From contig CAWIAD010000001.1 of NCBI GenBank assembly GCA_963833985.1, positions 1,568,001 to 1,632,000 of the forward strand: 64,000 bases of DNA, written 5' to 3'. The DNA comes from an uncultured Planctomycetaceae bacterium. Lineage in GTDB: Bacteria; Planctomycetota; Planctomycetia; Isosphaerales; Isosphaeraceae. The translations under genes were made by a program, and so were the position numbers. The notes under the pieces were generated by a model. It made no database searches. It saw nothing but the letters and a program-made list of their open reading frames with translations, and was not told the origin of the DNA. Shown here piece after piece: positions 38,695 through 49,717 of this stretch (the first letter of the stretch is position 1; every line of letters begins with the position of its first letter).

Positions 38695-39399
38695 GTGCGA
38701 ACCGACTTCCGGTTTCTTGCACCCGCCGAGAGTTGTGGTTATCTGCCCGTCCAGATGGCGCGGATGGAGTACGAGCATGTGTCGGAGCTGACCGCTGACG
38801 AGTACTCCGTACGGATGCTTGCGGGCTGGAGGCGGTTCGGCCACACCTTGTTCCGCCCGCTCTGTCCGCTCTGCCGGGCGTGCCGGTCGATCCGTATCGA
38901 CGTGGCCCGGTTCTGCCCGAATCGCAACCAGAAGCGGGTTCGTACGCTGAACGGAGAAGCCGTGCGGCTCGAGATCAGGCCGCCCCGCCTGACGCGGTCG
39001 CGGCTTGATCTGTACCAGCGCTTTCACGCCTATCGTGCCAGCACACGGGGGTGGGACGGGCGCGAGGAGAGCGCGAGCTCTTACCACAGCGCATTTGTGT
39101 CCAACCCGTTCCCCACCGAGGAGTGGAGCTACACGCTGGAAGGTAAGCTGATCGGACTGGGGCTGGTGGATGCCCTGGCCGTCGGCCTGTCGGCCATCTA
39201 CTTCGTGCACGACCCGGACCATTTGAAACGCAGTCTTGGCACCTGGAACGTCCTCTGTCTGATTGACGAGGCGCGGCGCCGCGGGCTGCCTCATCTCTAC
39301 CTGGGTTACTGGGTTGCCGACTGCCTGTCGCTGGCGTACAAGGCGGCCTTCCGCCCGCACGAGATCCTCGAACCGGATGGTTCCTGGCGTGAGCTGTGA
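38695..39399 (+). CDS. ate: Arginyltransferase-family aminoacyl-tRNA-protein transferase (Ate/Bpt)
   Basis: CGYLP, GWRRFG, CxxCxxC, LSAIY, SLGTW and YLGYWV...YKAAFRPHE motifs. Confidence 0.9.
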   Translation: MRTDFRFLAPAESCGYLPVQMARMEYEHVSELTADEYSVRMLAGWRRFGHTLFRPLCPLCRACRSIRIDVARFCPNRNQKRVRTLNGEAVRLEIRPPRLTRSRLDLYQRFHAYRASTRGWDGREESASSYHSAFVSNPFPTEEWSYTLEGKLIGLGLVDALAVGLSAIYFVHDPDHLKRSLGTWNVLCLIDEARRRGLPHLYLGYWVADCLSLAYKAAFRPHEILEPDGSWREL

Positions 39400-39452
39400 C
39401 CGATCCGGAGCGGCCACTCCGCCAGCGGCTCTCACAAGCTGCCCGAAGGCTT

Positions 39453-42400
39453 TCATGTCCTGGGTGGCCCGGCTCCGACCTGGCGCTCAAAGATCGCCCG
39501 GGTACGGGCGCGGTGGCGTGCGGCGTCGGCCACGAAGGTCGCGACGGCCTCATCCGGTCCATCCGCCTGGTAATTCAGGCGCCTGGCCAACCCCAGTAGA
39601 TCTTCGGGCCGGCCCGGAAGCTCGGAGATGGCCCGGTTCTGGATCAGCCGCAGCCGCCCTTCAACGGTCCGCAGAAAGCTGTATGCCTCACGGAGGTCGG
39701 AGCAGACCGCGGCCGGCAGGATCGAACAGCGCTGCAACGCGTCGAGGGCCTCCCACAGGTTCGGCCTGAGCAGATCGGGCTGTGCGGCAGCATGGGAGAG
39801 CATCTGGAACGCGACGATGAACTCGATATCCGCAAGTCCTCCGGTGCCGCGCTTGAGGTCGTTCGGACGACTGGATTGCTCGAGCCGCCGGCGCAAGTCA
39901 CGCACCTCGTCGGCCAGTCTCGCCCGGTCGATCGGCTGACCAAGGAGCTCGCGAATGGCGTCGGAGACGTGCCTGCCGAAACCGCCGGTGGCGAAGATGA
40001 CGCGGGCCCTGGTGAGAGCCAGCCGTTCCCAGGCGTGTGCGGTGCGGTGAAAGTAATCGCGGAACTCGGCGAGCGTGACGACCAGGGGCCCCGAAGCCCC
40101 GTGTGGACGCAAACGGGTGTCCACCCGGTAGAGCGGTCCCGTCGAGGCGTCGCAGGCAAGCGTCCGCAACACCCGCCGGGCCACGTCCGTGACGAACTCC
40201 TCGTTGGAGAGGCGGGCGCCCGGGCCTGCGGTGGACCCGTTTTCCTCGTGCAGGAAGATGAGATCCAGATCGCTATGGTAGTTGAGCTCACGGCCGCCCA
40301 GTTTGCCCAAGGCAAGCACGGCCCATCGGCTACGGCCTCCGTCGGATCCGCGCAGCGGAATCCCGCAGTGCTCCGAGCGCTTCTTCCACTGGTCACGAGC
40401 CACCTGTGTGACCACGGCCTCGGCCACGTCGGCCAGCTCTCGCGTCACCTGTCGTACGGGCTCTCGCCCCAGGATATCGCGCGTCCCGATGCGCACCCAC
40501 TCCTTGTTGCGGAAGCTCCAGAGAATCGGAGCCGGGTCCTCGGCCCCTTTCAGGAGTTGAGCAAGCTCTGCCTTGATGGCCGCGGCCGGCAAGGCGCGGT
40601 CCACCACGAGAGAATCCATGAGGTCGTCGATCATCCCCGGGTTCGTGGTCAGAATCTGTGACAGGAACTGGCTGGTGGCGCACAGTTCCACGTACAGCCG
40701 CAAGCTCGGGGGATTGAAGTTGAACAGTTCCCAGAGCACTGCCTTGGCGCCAAGCGATGCGGAGACCTTCTCCAGATTGGTGAGCGTCATGTCCGGATCG
40801 GCCGTACGCGCCACCGCTTGAAGAAGGCGCGGGGCAATGGCCGCCAGAAAATGGCGGCAGCGGGCCTGGGACAGGAACAAGAAGTCCTCACGCGCCAGCG
40901 CCATCAGGTTGTGATAGGCCGTCTCCAGATCTCGGAACGGATAGCGCGCCAGCACCGCGGCGACCTGTTCGGCCGTGGTGTGAGGGTCGAGCACGAGGTC
41001 CACGACGGGGTCGGCCGGCGAGCCGTCGTCGTCGCGGAATGCGTCGTGCAGGATGTGGTTGAGGATCCGCCGATTGAGCTCGGTCTTGCTGCGATAATCG
41101 GCCAGAAAGCGGTGCGCGGGAAGATCCGCGTCCGCGCCCGGTGCGGACGCCTGATAGCCCATCCGGATCGCCAGAGTCCGCAGTTCGGGCAGGCTGCGCG
41201 GCATCTCGTGGGTCTGGCGATCGAAGAGGACCTGAAGCCGGTGCTCCACCTTTCGAAGGAAGCGGTAGGTATCGTCCATGATGCTCCGTTCCTCGGCCGT
41301 GAGGCAACCGGCCTGCTCGAGTTGGTGGATCGCCAGCAGCGTGTTGGCGCTGCGGACCTCGGGGTACTCGCCGCCGTGTAGCAACTGAAGAAACTGGACC
41401 ACGAACTCGACGTCGCGGATGCCTCCGTGCCCCGTTTTCACCTCGAACTCGGCGCGACCCGCGGAGACCGTTCTTTGCTCGATCCGCCGCTTGAGCGCCT
41501 TGATCTCGGCGATCTCGCTGGCGCCTAGGTAACGGCGGTAAACAAAGGGCGTGACGGCCTGGATGAAGGTGCGCCCCAGCTCCAGATCTCCCGCGACCGG
41601 GCGGCACTTGATGAGCGCCTGCCGCTCCCAGGTACGCCCACGGGTTTCGTAATAGCCCAGGGTCGCCGCCGCCGACCGGGCCAGGGCACCTTCCTCGCCG
41701 TCCGGCGCAGCCGCATGTCCACCCGGTAGGCTGCCCCGAGCGCGGTGTGCTCGGCCAGCAGCCGGACGAGTTCTGTTCCCATCCGCTCGAAGAACTCCGC
41801 ACTGGACATCATGCGGGGCTCTGCCGTGCGGCCTTCCTCGTCATAAACGAACACCAGGTCGATGTCGGAACTGTAGTTCAGCTCCGCGCCCCCCAGCTTG
41901 CCCATGCCCAGGACCACGAACCGGCAAGCAGCGCCGTCGCCGCGGTAGGGAACTCCGAACCGGGCCTCCGCCCAGGCTCGCGCCAGCCGCGTCGCGGCCT
42001 CGATGCAAGCCTCCGCCAGGTTCGAGAGGTCCAGTGTGATGGCCTCCAGCGGCAGGCCGCGGACGATGTCGTTGTAGCAGATACGCAAGGTCTCGCGGAG
42101 CCGGAACCGGCGGATCACGAGCGCGGGCTCCGCCTCGCCAGACGTCTTTCGCAACGTGCTGGAAAGCTCCGCGGCCAGGTCGGCGCGGTCTGGCCGCTCG
42201 GCACCGCCCCGCAGCCAGGCAAGCAGGTCCGGATCGCGGATCAGGACCTCGCTCAGGTACTGGCTGGTGCTGAAGATCTGGAGCAGGATCTCCGCGGCCC
42301 GTGCATCTCCGGCCAGGCTCGCCAGCGCCGGCCGGGGATCCGCAAGCGCTGCCAGGAACCGCTCCAGATTGGTCAAGGCCATGGCGGGGTCGGAACATCG

Positions 42401-42550
42401 CGGCAGCACGGCAGCCACCAGGGAGGCGAACCGCGATCGGTTCTGCGCGTCGCTCGGGCTCTCGGAGTGGACCGGCGCGGCCCCAGCGTCCTCAGCCAGC
42501 TTTCCAGCCGTACGGAACTCTCGGGGGACCCAGAGACCGCGTCGGCGTCC
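39453..42550 (-). CDS. glnE: Glutamine synthetase adenylyltransferase/deadenylase, frameshift near 41703
   Basis: Two nucleotidyltransferase domains (MGKLGGAELNYSSDIDL; LGKLGGRELNYHSDLDL). RVDMRLR continues after a single indel as DGEEGALARS...WERQALIK...EVKTGHGGIRDVEF. Start approximate. Confidence 0.88.
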
Positions 42551-42580
42551 ATCCGCGAGACCTTTCCAGAAGGATGCCGG

Positions 42581-43312
42581 TCAGGACGGTGTCAAATCGG
42601 GGGCGACATGCTGGAGATGGCGGAAGAGGATTTCCACATCGCCATGGCTGAGCCCCAGCGTCTGGGCGATCTCCCGCTCCTCGACGCGCGCCTGCATGAG
42701 CAGCAGGACCTGGCAGGCGTACGGGCGCAGCCGGTCGGGCAGGTCGGGCTGGGGCGTGTACCGGCGATGCGCCTGCCAGGGATCGCCGAAATCGACGAAG
42801 TCGGCATCGAACCAGTACTCGCGGCCACTGTGACGGAGCAGTTCCAGAAGCCATTCCTCGAAGCTCCGAGCAATGATCCTGGGAGCGCTTCGCGATGCGT
42901 CATCGCCGGAGGTGAACACGGGAAAGCTGCCTCCCGGCCAGCGGTACGCGAGGTCGATGCAGATCGTCTCGACATTGGGGTTACCGAGCTCGAACCAGCT
43001 TTCGGGCTGAACGATCAGGTCATGAATTCGCGAGAATACGACCATGGGTCCGATGGCCGAGATCGGGTGGATGATCGGCCCCTCGCGGTAAAGGCCGTTG
43101 GAGAGCATCAGCCAGGCACGCAGCCCGGCCGGCAGGCGATAGCCATGGCGATGTTCCCAGGCGGCGATCACGCGCGGATCAACGCCAGGGCGGAACGGCT
43201 CGTCGGTTGCCCCGAACCAGGCCGACAGCGCCTCGGGGCTGGGCGCCAACCCTTCGTCGATCCCACCCCAGGCCATCCAGCATTGCACCAGCTCTTGGAG
43301 CTGGCTGGGCAT
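42581..43312 (-). CDS. SMI1/KNR4 (SUKH) family protein
   Basis: IAAWEHRHGYRLPAGLRAWLMLSNG and IARSFEEWL motifs. Confidence 0.75.
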   Translation of the reverse strand: MPSQLQELVQCWMAWGGIDEGLAPSPEALSAWFGATDEPFRPGVDPRVIAAWEHRHGYRLPAGLRAWLMLSNGLYREGPIIHPISAIGPMVVFSRIHDLIVQPESWFELGNPNVETICIDLAYRWPGGSFPVFTSGDDASRSAPRIIARSFEEWLLELLRHSGREYWFDADFVDFGDPWQAHRRYTPQPDLPDRLRPYACQVLLLMQARVEEREIAQTLGLSHGDVEILFRHLQHVAPDLTPS

Positions 43313-43328
43313 CGGCTCCCCCTTCACT

Positions 43329-44765
43329 TCACACCGCCGCCTTGGTCCGATCGGCGCCCGCCAGCTCGCCGAAGAGGGTCACCGCGCTGGCGTCGTCAAT
43401 CCTGACCCGGACCAGCCGCCCGGTCAAAGCCTCATTGCCCCGGAAAACCACGATCCGGTCGCAGGTCGTCCGTCCCGTCCATTGATCAGCGCGATCCCAC
43501 CCTTCACGCCGGGTCGTGGACCGGCTTGGCCCCTCCACCAGGACCGTCACCGTACGGCCGATGAACTGCCGATTCTCCTGGAGGCTGATGGCTGACTGCA
43601 CGGCCAGCAGATAGTTGTTGCGTCGCCGTTTCACCTCTTCGGGAACGTCGTCGGTGAAGAGCTCGTCCGCCTTGGTTCCCTGCCGTGGACTGTACTTGAA
43701 GATGAAGCTGTTCTTGAACCGGGCCCGCTCCACCAGGCGCACCGTGCGCTCGAACGATTCCTCGGTCTCGCCGCAGAAGCCGACGATGAAGTCGCTCGAG
43801 ACCGAGACCCCGGGGATGGTCTCGCGCATCCGGGCGAGCATGTCCTCGTAAAATCCAGACGTGTACATTCTTTTCATGCGTTTCAGGACGGAGTCACAGC
43901 CGCTCTGCGCCGGCACGTGGATATAGCGGGAGGCCGCGGGGAGGTCGCGGACGGCCTGCAAGAGGTCGTCGGTCATGTCGTTGGGAAAGCTGGTGATGAA
44001 CTTCACGCGCTCGATGCCATCGAGCCCGGCGATTCTCTCGAGCAGGTCGGACAGGCGGACCAGCCGGCCGTCGCCTTCCCGGTACCTGTAGCTGTTGACC
44101 GTCTGGCCGAGGAGCGTGATCTCCTTGACTCCCTGGCTGGCGAGCAGGTTTGCCTCGCCCACGATGGCTGCCGGGGGCCGGCTCTGCTCGGGGCCGCGAA
44201 CCGCGGGCACGATGCAGTAGGTACAGAACTTGTCGCAGCCCATCATCACACGGACGAAAGCCTGGAACGGGCTGGGACGCATCGCGGGCTCGCGGTCGGC
44301 GTCATAGTTCTCGAAGCTGGCCGTGATCTCCTGTCGCGAGCCCGCGGTACGGTCCAGGCTCACGGCAAGCTGTGCAGCGCGTGCCTCACGGGCAAGGCCA
44401 AGCAGCTCGGGCACGCGCCCGAGCTGGCCGGGCCCGACTATGATGTCGACGTGCGGTGCGCGTTTGAGGATCTGCTCCTGGTCCTTCTGGGCCATGCAGC
44501 CGAGCACGCCGATGGAAACCTCGGGCCGCTTGCGCTTGATCTGCTTGATCCGCCCGAGGGCACTGTAGACCTTGTCCTCGGCATGCTGCCGCACCGAGCA
44601 GGTGTTATAGAAGATGGCATCGGCTTGATCGATGTCGGTGGTCAGCTCGTAGCCCTGGTCGCGCAGACGTGCCACCACCAGCTCGCTGTCGAGCACGTTC
44701 ATCTGGCAGCCGACTGTCTCGATATAGAGCTTCTTGCTCGGTTGCTTGGTCGATTGATCGGCCAT
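43329..44765 (-). CDS. miaB: tRNA-2-methylthio-N6-dimethylallyladenosine synthase
   Basis: GCQMNVLDSE, NTCSVR, GCDKFCTYCIVP, SDFIVGF and a C-terminal TRAM domain. Confidence 0.97.
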   Translation of the reverse strand: MADQSTKQPSKKLYIETVGCQMNVLDSELVVARLRDQGYELTTDIDQADAIFYNTCSVRQHAEDKVYSALGRIKQIKRKRPEVSIGVLGCMAQKDQEQILKRAPHVDIIVGPGQLGRVPELLGLAREARAAQLAVSLDRTAGSRQEITASFENYDADREPAMRPSPFQAFVRVMMGCDKFCTYCIVPAVRGPEQSRPPAAIVGEANLLASQGVKEITLLGQTVNSYRYREGDGRLVRLSDLLERIAGLDGIERVKFITSFPNDMTDDLLQAVRDLPAASRYIHVPAQSGCDSVLKRMKRMYTSGFYEDMLARMRETIPGVSVSSDFIVGFCGETEESFERTVRLVERARFKNSFIFKYSPRQGTKADELFTDDVPEEVKRRRNNYLLAVQSAISLQENRQFIGRTVTVLVEGPSRSTTRREGWDRADQWTGRTTCDRIVVFRGNEALTGRLVRVRIDDASAVTLFGELAGADRTKAAV

Positions 44766-45193
44766 CGGCCTGGCTCCCCGAGGCCAGCGAGTGGCCCCGG
44801 GTCCTCGGAGTGACTCATGATCTCAAGCCCGCCAGGGAACGGCTGACCCTGGCTCCCGCTGTCGGTCATGGATTCTACCAAGGGCCTTCACGAAAGGGAA
44901 TGAATCTGGACCAAGTTGGTGGCCGCGGCAACGGCCAGCCAAAAGCAGCCCCGAGTGACGCTTGCCCCCGAGGCTCCGGGGATGCCGGGCCGGTCGAGGG
45001 ACCTGTCCTCGGCAGAAGCTGAGGCATCTGGGAAAGGATTGCCGCCGGCTTCGCGGCGCCGCCGGCTTCGCCTGGACGGCTGCCTGGAAAACCTTATCAG
45101 GGAGCGGAAACCGTGCTGGCGATGGGTTCTGCTTCCTGATATAAGCGGTTGACCAGATGCTCTTGAGTTACACACGATGCGGTTCAACTGCCC

Positions 45194-46745
45194 ATGAAGA
45201 TCCTGGCCGTCCATCCCAGCGCCTTGCTCTACACGAAGATCTTCCTGAGGCTGGAGCCTCTGGGCATCGAGCTCATCGCGGCCGCGCTGCTGCGCCGGGC
45301 ACGAAGTTCGCTTGCTGGATCTCCAGGTGGAGCGGCAGGCCGCGTATTTCCGGCAGGTCCGCGAGTGGCAGCCCGACGTCGTGGCATTCTCGTGCAACTA
45401 CCTGGCGAATATCCCGGAGATCGTGGACCTGGCCAGGCTGACCAGGGCTCTCCGCCCGGAGTCCTTCATTTTCGTGGGCGGCCACAGCGTGTCGTTCGTG
45501 GCCGCCGATGTTCTGGAACATGCAGAGGGCGCGATCGACTGCGTGCTCAAGGGGGAAGGCGAGTCCGCCGTCGCGGAACTCGTCGCCGCAGCCGCCGATG
45601 GCCGGTCGCTGGCGCTTCTGGACGTACCGGGCGTGATCACCCAGGAAGGCTGCGGCCCACCCCCCAGGTTCGCCCGCGATCTCGACGCCATCCGCCCGGC
45701 CCGCGAGCTGTTGCGGCACCGCCGCAAGTACTTCATTGGAGTCCTGGACCCGTGCGCCTCGATCGAGTTCAGCCGCGGCTGCCCCTGGGATTGCTCGTTT
45801 TGCAGCGCCTGGACCTTCTACGGGCGCAGCTACCGCGTGAAGTCGGCCGCGGAAGGGGCAGCGGAGCTCGCCGCGATTCGCGAGCCCGGCATCTTCATCG
45901 TCGATGATGTCGCATTCATTCAGGCGGAGCAGGGCATGGCCATTGGCGAGGCGGTCGCGCGTCAAGGTATCAAGAAGCATTACTATCTTGAAACGCGCGG
46001 GGACGTCCTGCTGCGCAACAAGGAGGTCTTCCGCTTCTGGAAGACCCTCGGCCTTCAATACATGTTCCTTGGCGTCGAGGCGATCGACGAGGAGGGGCTC
46101 AAGAAATACCGCAAGCGCGTGACGCTCTCGCGAAACTTCGAGGCACTCGAGTTTGCGCGTTCGCTGGGGATCATGGTGGCCATCAACCTGATCGCCGATC
46201 CAGACTGGGATCACCGCCAGTTCGAGATCATCCGCCAGTGGTGCCTGGAGATTCCCGAGATCGTCAACATCAGCGTCAACACGCCGTATCCGGGTACGGA
46301 GAGCTGGCTCACCGAGTCCCGGCGGCTGACCACGCGCGATTACCGCCTCTTCGACATCCAGCACGCCGTCTTGCCCACGCGATTGCCCCTGGCGGAGTTT
46401 TACAAGGAGCTCGTGCGTACCCAGCAGGTGCTCAACCGCAAGCACCTGGGATGGAACGCGGTGCGGGGGCTGGCAGGGATCCTGGCCCGCAACCTGGCGC
46501 GCGGTCAAACCAGCACGCTGAAGATGCTCTGGAAATTCAACAGCGTCTACAACCCAGGCCTTCAGCTTGCCGACCATGCGCAGCCGGTGCGCTACGAGAT
46601 GTCGCTTCCCCCCGAGCCGCACGACATGGTGGATTCCCGATCGATGTACGTGCACACGCCACGGGGCAGGAACGGGCGCTCCATCGACGATGCAACCGAG
46701 TTGTTTGTGGAGCAGACCCGAGCCAACGGCAAGCCAGACGGCTGA
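45194..46745 (+). CDS. hpnR: Hopanoid C-3 methylase (B12-binding radical SAM), frameshift near 45297
   Basis: N-terminus MKILAVHPSALLYTKIFLRLEPLG joins to HEVRLLDLQ; NYLANIPE, RGCPWDCSFCSAWTFYGRSYR and DYRLFDIQHAVLPT match HpnR as I recall it. Confidence 0.85.
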
Positions 46746-46845
46746 TGAGTCCTGCCCGTGCTGATCACCGGCCTGCCGTTGAACGCGAAGGTTCAGGCAC
46801 GCACGCGACGCACGCCTGGCCAGCAGACACCGCGGAAAAGCAAAA

Positions 46846-46886
46846 CCCCCAGGGACGCCCTGGGGGAAACGGTATGCCGTTTTTTC
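46846..46886 (+). terminator. Tandem hairpin terminator after hpnR
   Basis: CCCCCAGGG-ACG-CCCTGGGGG followed immediately by AAACGG-TATG-CCGTTT and TTT. Confidence 0.6.
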
Positions 46887-47405
46887 GTATGCCGGGGCCA
46901 GCAGCGGCGCGCCTGTGGGAGTGAGCCCTGCTGCTGGCGTGTGATCTCAGGGCGTGGGCGGCGCATCGCCACATTGCAGCCCAGCGGCTGCGCCAAGACG
47001 TTTGCGCCTGGAGAGATGAGAGCCAGGCTCAGCGGGTGACGAAGTCCGGGAGTTCGCCGAATGGCGTGGGTGATCTGGTCATCAATCGCCAGGGCGTCTC
47101 TTCATCCAGACCGAGGCCCGAGAATAGAAACTGGCTCCTCGCAGCAGACCCTTGACCCCGAAATTCACGTGGGCGAATCAGCATACGCTTGCAAGGTTCG
47201 GCCACTTTCCGATCGGCTCAGCACCTTGGAGAGAGACGACGTCTCGGAAGTTGACCTCACCCTCTTGCCCACTACCGGAACTCTACCTCATGGCCTCCGA
47301 GAATACAAGAGATAAGAATCTAAAAAAACACGGGGATCTAGATTCTCTTGTATGCTGCCGCTGGCGGCCCGGGAGCGGCTCGATCTTCCACACAAGGCGG
47401 TTGGC

Positions 47406-48488
47406 TCACCCGGCAAAACCAATGCCCCCACTGTGTGATCGCACCTGGCGATAACTCACGATCCCTTGAACAAGTGCAATGACGAACATGCTCATGCCAG
47501 CCAGGGTCCAGAGGATGCTGTTCAGCGCGAAGGGGACGAAGAGAAACGGTTGAGGACCGGCGAACGAGAGCAGAAACCCGAGGCCGATCACCAGGCCGAA
47601 GACGGTCAAGATTTGCCTCCGTTCCCGCGGCTGATCCACGAGCGCATCGCCGTCCAGCCGCACGCGAGGCTGGTGCAGGTAGAGACCCGCGATCGCCAGC
47701 GCGTAGAGCACCAGCGTGAGCAACTGCACCCCGGCCGAGGGCAACCCCTCGGGACGCAGCTTGAAATAAAAGAATCCATACAGTACCGCGAGGTAAAGAC
47801 AGAGGCCGGCGAATCCCCGATGGCCGAAGACGACGATACGCTCTGGCTGCGACGACGCGAGGGCCGTGCCGGAGAGTTGCAACAGGATGAGCAGGACGGC
47901 GGCAAGCAGCGCCATGTTCAGGGCCAGGTTCACGGGCCCGTGGCAGTTCATCGCGACAACCGGTGCCAGCGAGAAAACCAGGTAAGCCCGGAAAAGCAGC
48001 GCGCCGCGGCTCTTGCCCGTGAACCAGGCGAGATCGGGAAACACGCGGCGCAACGGCGGGCAGAGCACGCAAGCGACGGCCAGTGGGAGCAAGAACGACA
48101 TCACCGGATGGAACGAGAAGACCATGCTTATCTCGCTGAAGCCATACGGGCCGATCCGCCCCAGCGCCATCTTGCCGTTACCATCATATCCATACCAGAT
48201 CACCTTCGTGATCCATGATTCGTACAGCCCGAAAAGCACGCCCCAGAGGTAGAGCGACCAGAACGATGTCCGGCCGGTGCGCACGGCCAGCGTCGTGAAG
48301 AAGAAGAAATGCGCGAAGTAGAGCCAGAACGTCACAATGCACGTCCACGGGTGCCAGAGCCCCATGGACAGCGAGGCGCCCGAGAACACCTCGGCACACG
48401 TGAGGATGATGACGCCGATCAAGAGCCGCGGAGCAACCACGCCCACGCGATGATCCTGGTGGAGGATTTCTTCGTCGGATGCTTTCAT
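47406..48488 (-). CDS. Hypothetical integral membrane protein
   Basis: 360 aa with about 9-10 hydrophobic segments, LFGLYESWITKVIW motif, GGAGGGG RBS. Confidence 0.75.
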   Translation of the reverse strand: MKASDEEILHQDHRVGVVAPRLLIGVIILTCAEVFSGASLSMGLWHPWTCIVTFWLYFAHFFFFTTLAVRTGRTSFWSLYLWGVLFGLYESWITKVIWYGYDGNGKMALGRIGPYGFSEISMVFSFHPVMSFLLPLAVACVLCPPLRRVFPDLAWFTGKSRGALLFRAYLVFSLAPVVAMNCHGPVNLALNMALLAAVLLILLQLSGTALASSQPERIVVFGHRGFAGLCLYLAVLYGFFYFKLRPEGLPSAGVQLLTLVLYALAIAGLYLHQPRVRLDGDALVDQPRERRQILTVFGLVIGLGFLLSFAGPQPFLFVPFALNSILWTLAGMSMFVIALVQGIVSYRQVRSHSGGIGFAG

Positions 48489-48721
48489 GAATTTCCCCTC
48501 CGGGCTTACGCCCGAGGCGATCGCCTTCGATCGTTAAGCGTGCTTTCACATTGATCCGCGTCCCGGGCGGGCAAACTGCATGGGGGACGCCAGGTTCACT
48601 CCAGCATATCGCGGCCAGTGCACCGATTGCATCCCTGTACCTCCGGCAAGAGCCAGGCGGATGAATCCGGCATCGTCGCCAATCTCAGTAGGCTGGAATG
48701 CGCGAGGAGGTTCAGGTTGAG

Positions 48722-49714
48722 TTACGGGCCAAGCCGATCACCGGGCTGAACGCGATGGCCGTTCAGGAAATCGGCCGGGGAAAGCGGCTTCTTGCCGGGA
48801 AGCTGTATCATCAAAAGGCGCACGTGCCCCGATCCGGCAGCGACCGTGAGACGATCGGCATGAGCCTCCACGATGGTCCCGGGTGCGGCCTCGGCGGCTT
48901 CCGCCATGGGTTGCGTGCGGTGGATGATAAGACGCAACGGTCCCTTCGATTGCGGTCCCCGTGAGACCCAGGTGGTGGTGCAGAGCGGCCATGGATTCAT
49001 GGCCCTGACGAGGTTGTGGATCGACTGGGCGGTTCTGGACCAGTCGATCTGACCGTCCTCCCTGGTCAGCTTCGGGGCGCGCGTGACCCTGGATCTGTCC
49101 TGAGCGAGCACCCGTGCGCGGCCGGCCGCGACCGCCGCGACGGCCTCGGCAATGAGCGGAGCGCCCAGCACAGCCAGGCGCTCTTCAAGCTCGCCGGCCG
49201 TCTCATCCGGACCAATCGGTGTGCGGGCCACGGCGATCATGCCGCCGGCGTCGATGCGCGGGGTCATGCGTATGACCGTGACGCCCGTTTCCGTCTCGCC
49301 GTGCTGGATCGCACGCGCCACCGGTGCTGCACCGCGGTACGCCGGCAGGATCGAGCCGTGCAGGTTGATCCCGCCCAGGCGCGGCAGGGCCAGCAACTCC
49401 GGCGCGAGGATCTGGCCGTAAGCCGCGGTCACCAGCAGGTCGGGCGCGAGCCGGCGGATCAGCGCCAGGCTCTCCGGGGCATTGACGTTCTCGGGCTGGA
49501 GGACGGGAATGCCGCGTGCCAGCGCCCCGAGCTTGATCGCGCTGGGGATCAGCTCTTGCTTGCGGCCCTGCGGCCGGTCGGGCTGGGTGATGAGAGCGAT
49601 GACCTGGTAGCCCGCGTGACAGAGCGTCTCGAAGAGCGGTAGGGCGAAATCCCCGGTACCCAGGGCAATGATCCGGACGTCCGGGATCGAAAGCGATGCG
49701 GCCGCATGCTCCAT
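48722..49714 (-). CDS. fmt: Methionyl-tRNA formyltransferase
   Basis: TQPDRPQGR, AAYGQIL, INLHGSILPAYRGAAPV and DAG motifs. Confidence 0.96.
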   Translation of the reverse strand: MEHAAASLSIPDVRIIALGTGDFALPLFETLCHAGYQVIALITQPDRPQGRKQELIPSAIKLGALARGIPVLQPENVNAPESLALIRRLAPDLLVTAAYGQILAPELLALPRLGGINLHGSILPAYRGAAPVARAIQHGETETGVTVIRMTPRIDAGGMIAVARTPIGPDETAGELEERLAVLGAPLIAEAVAAVAAGRARVLAQDRSRVTRAPKLTREDGQIDWSRTAQSIHNLVRAMNPWPLCTTTWVSRGPQSKGPLRLIIHRTQPMAEAAEAAPGTIVEAHADRLTVAAGSGHVRLLMIQLPGKKPLSPADFLNGHRVQPGDRLGP

Positions 49715-49717
49715 CGT

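Noticed and set aside
44880..45190. Cobalamin or SAM-I riboswitch upstream of hpnR
   Set aside because: Only fragments match (CTGGGAA; CTTATC...ATAAG). The B12 box and SAM-I core are absent, so it is reported only as an unclassified structure.
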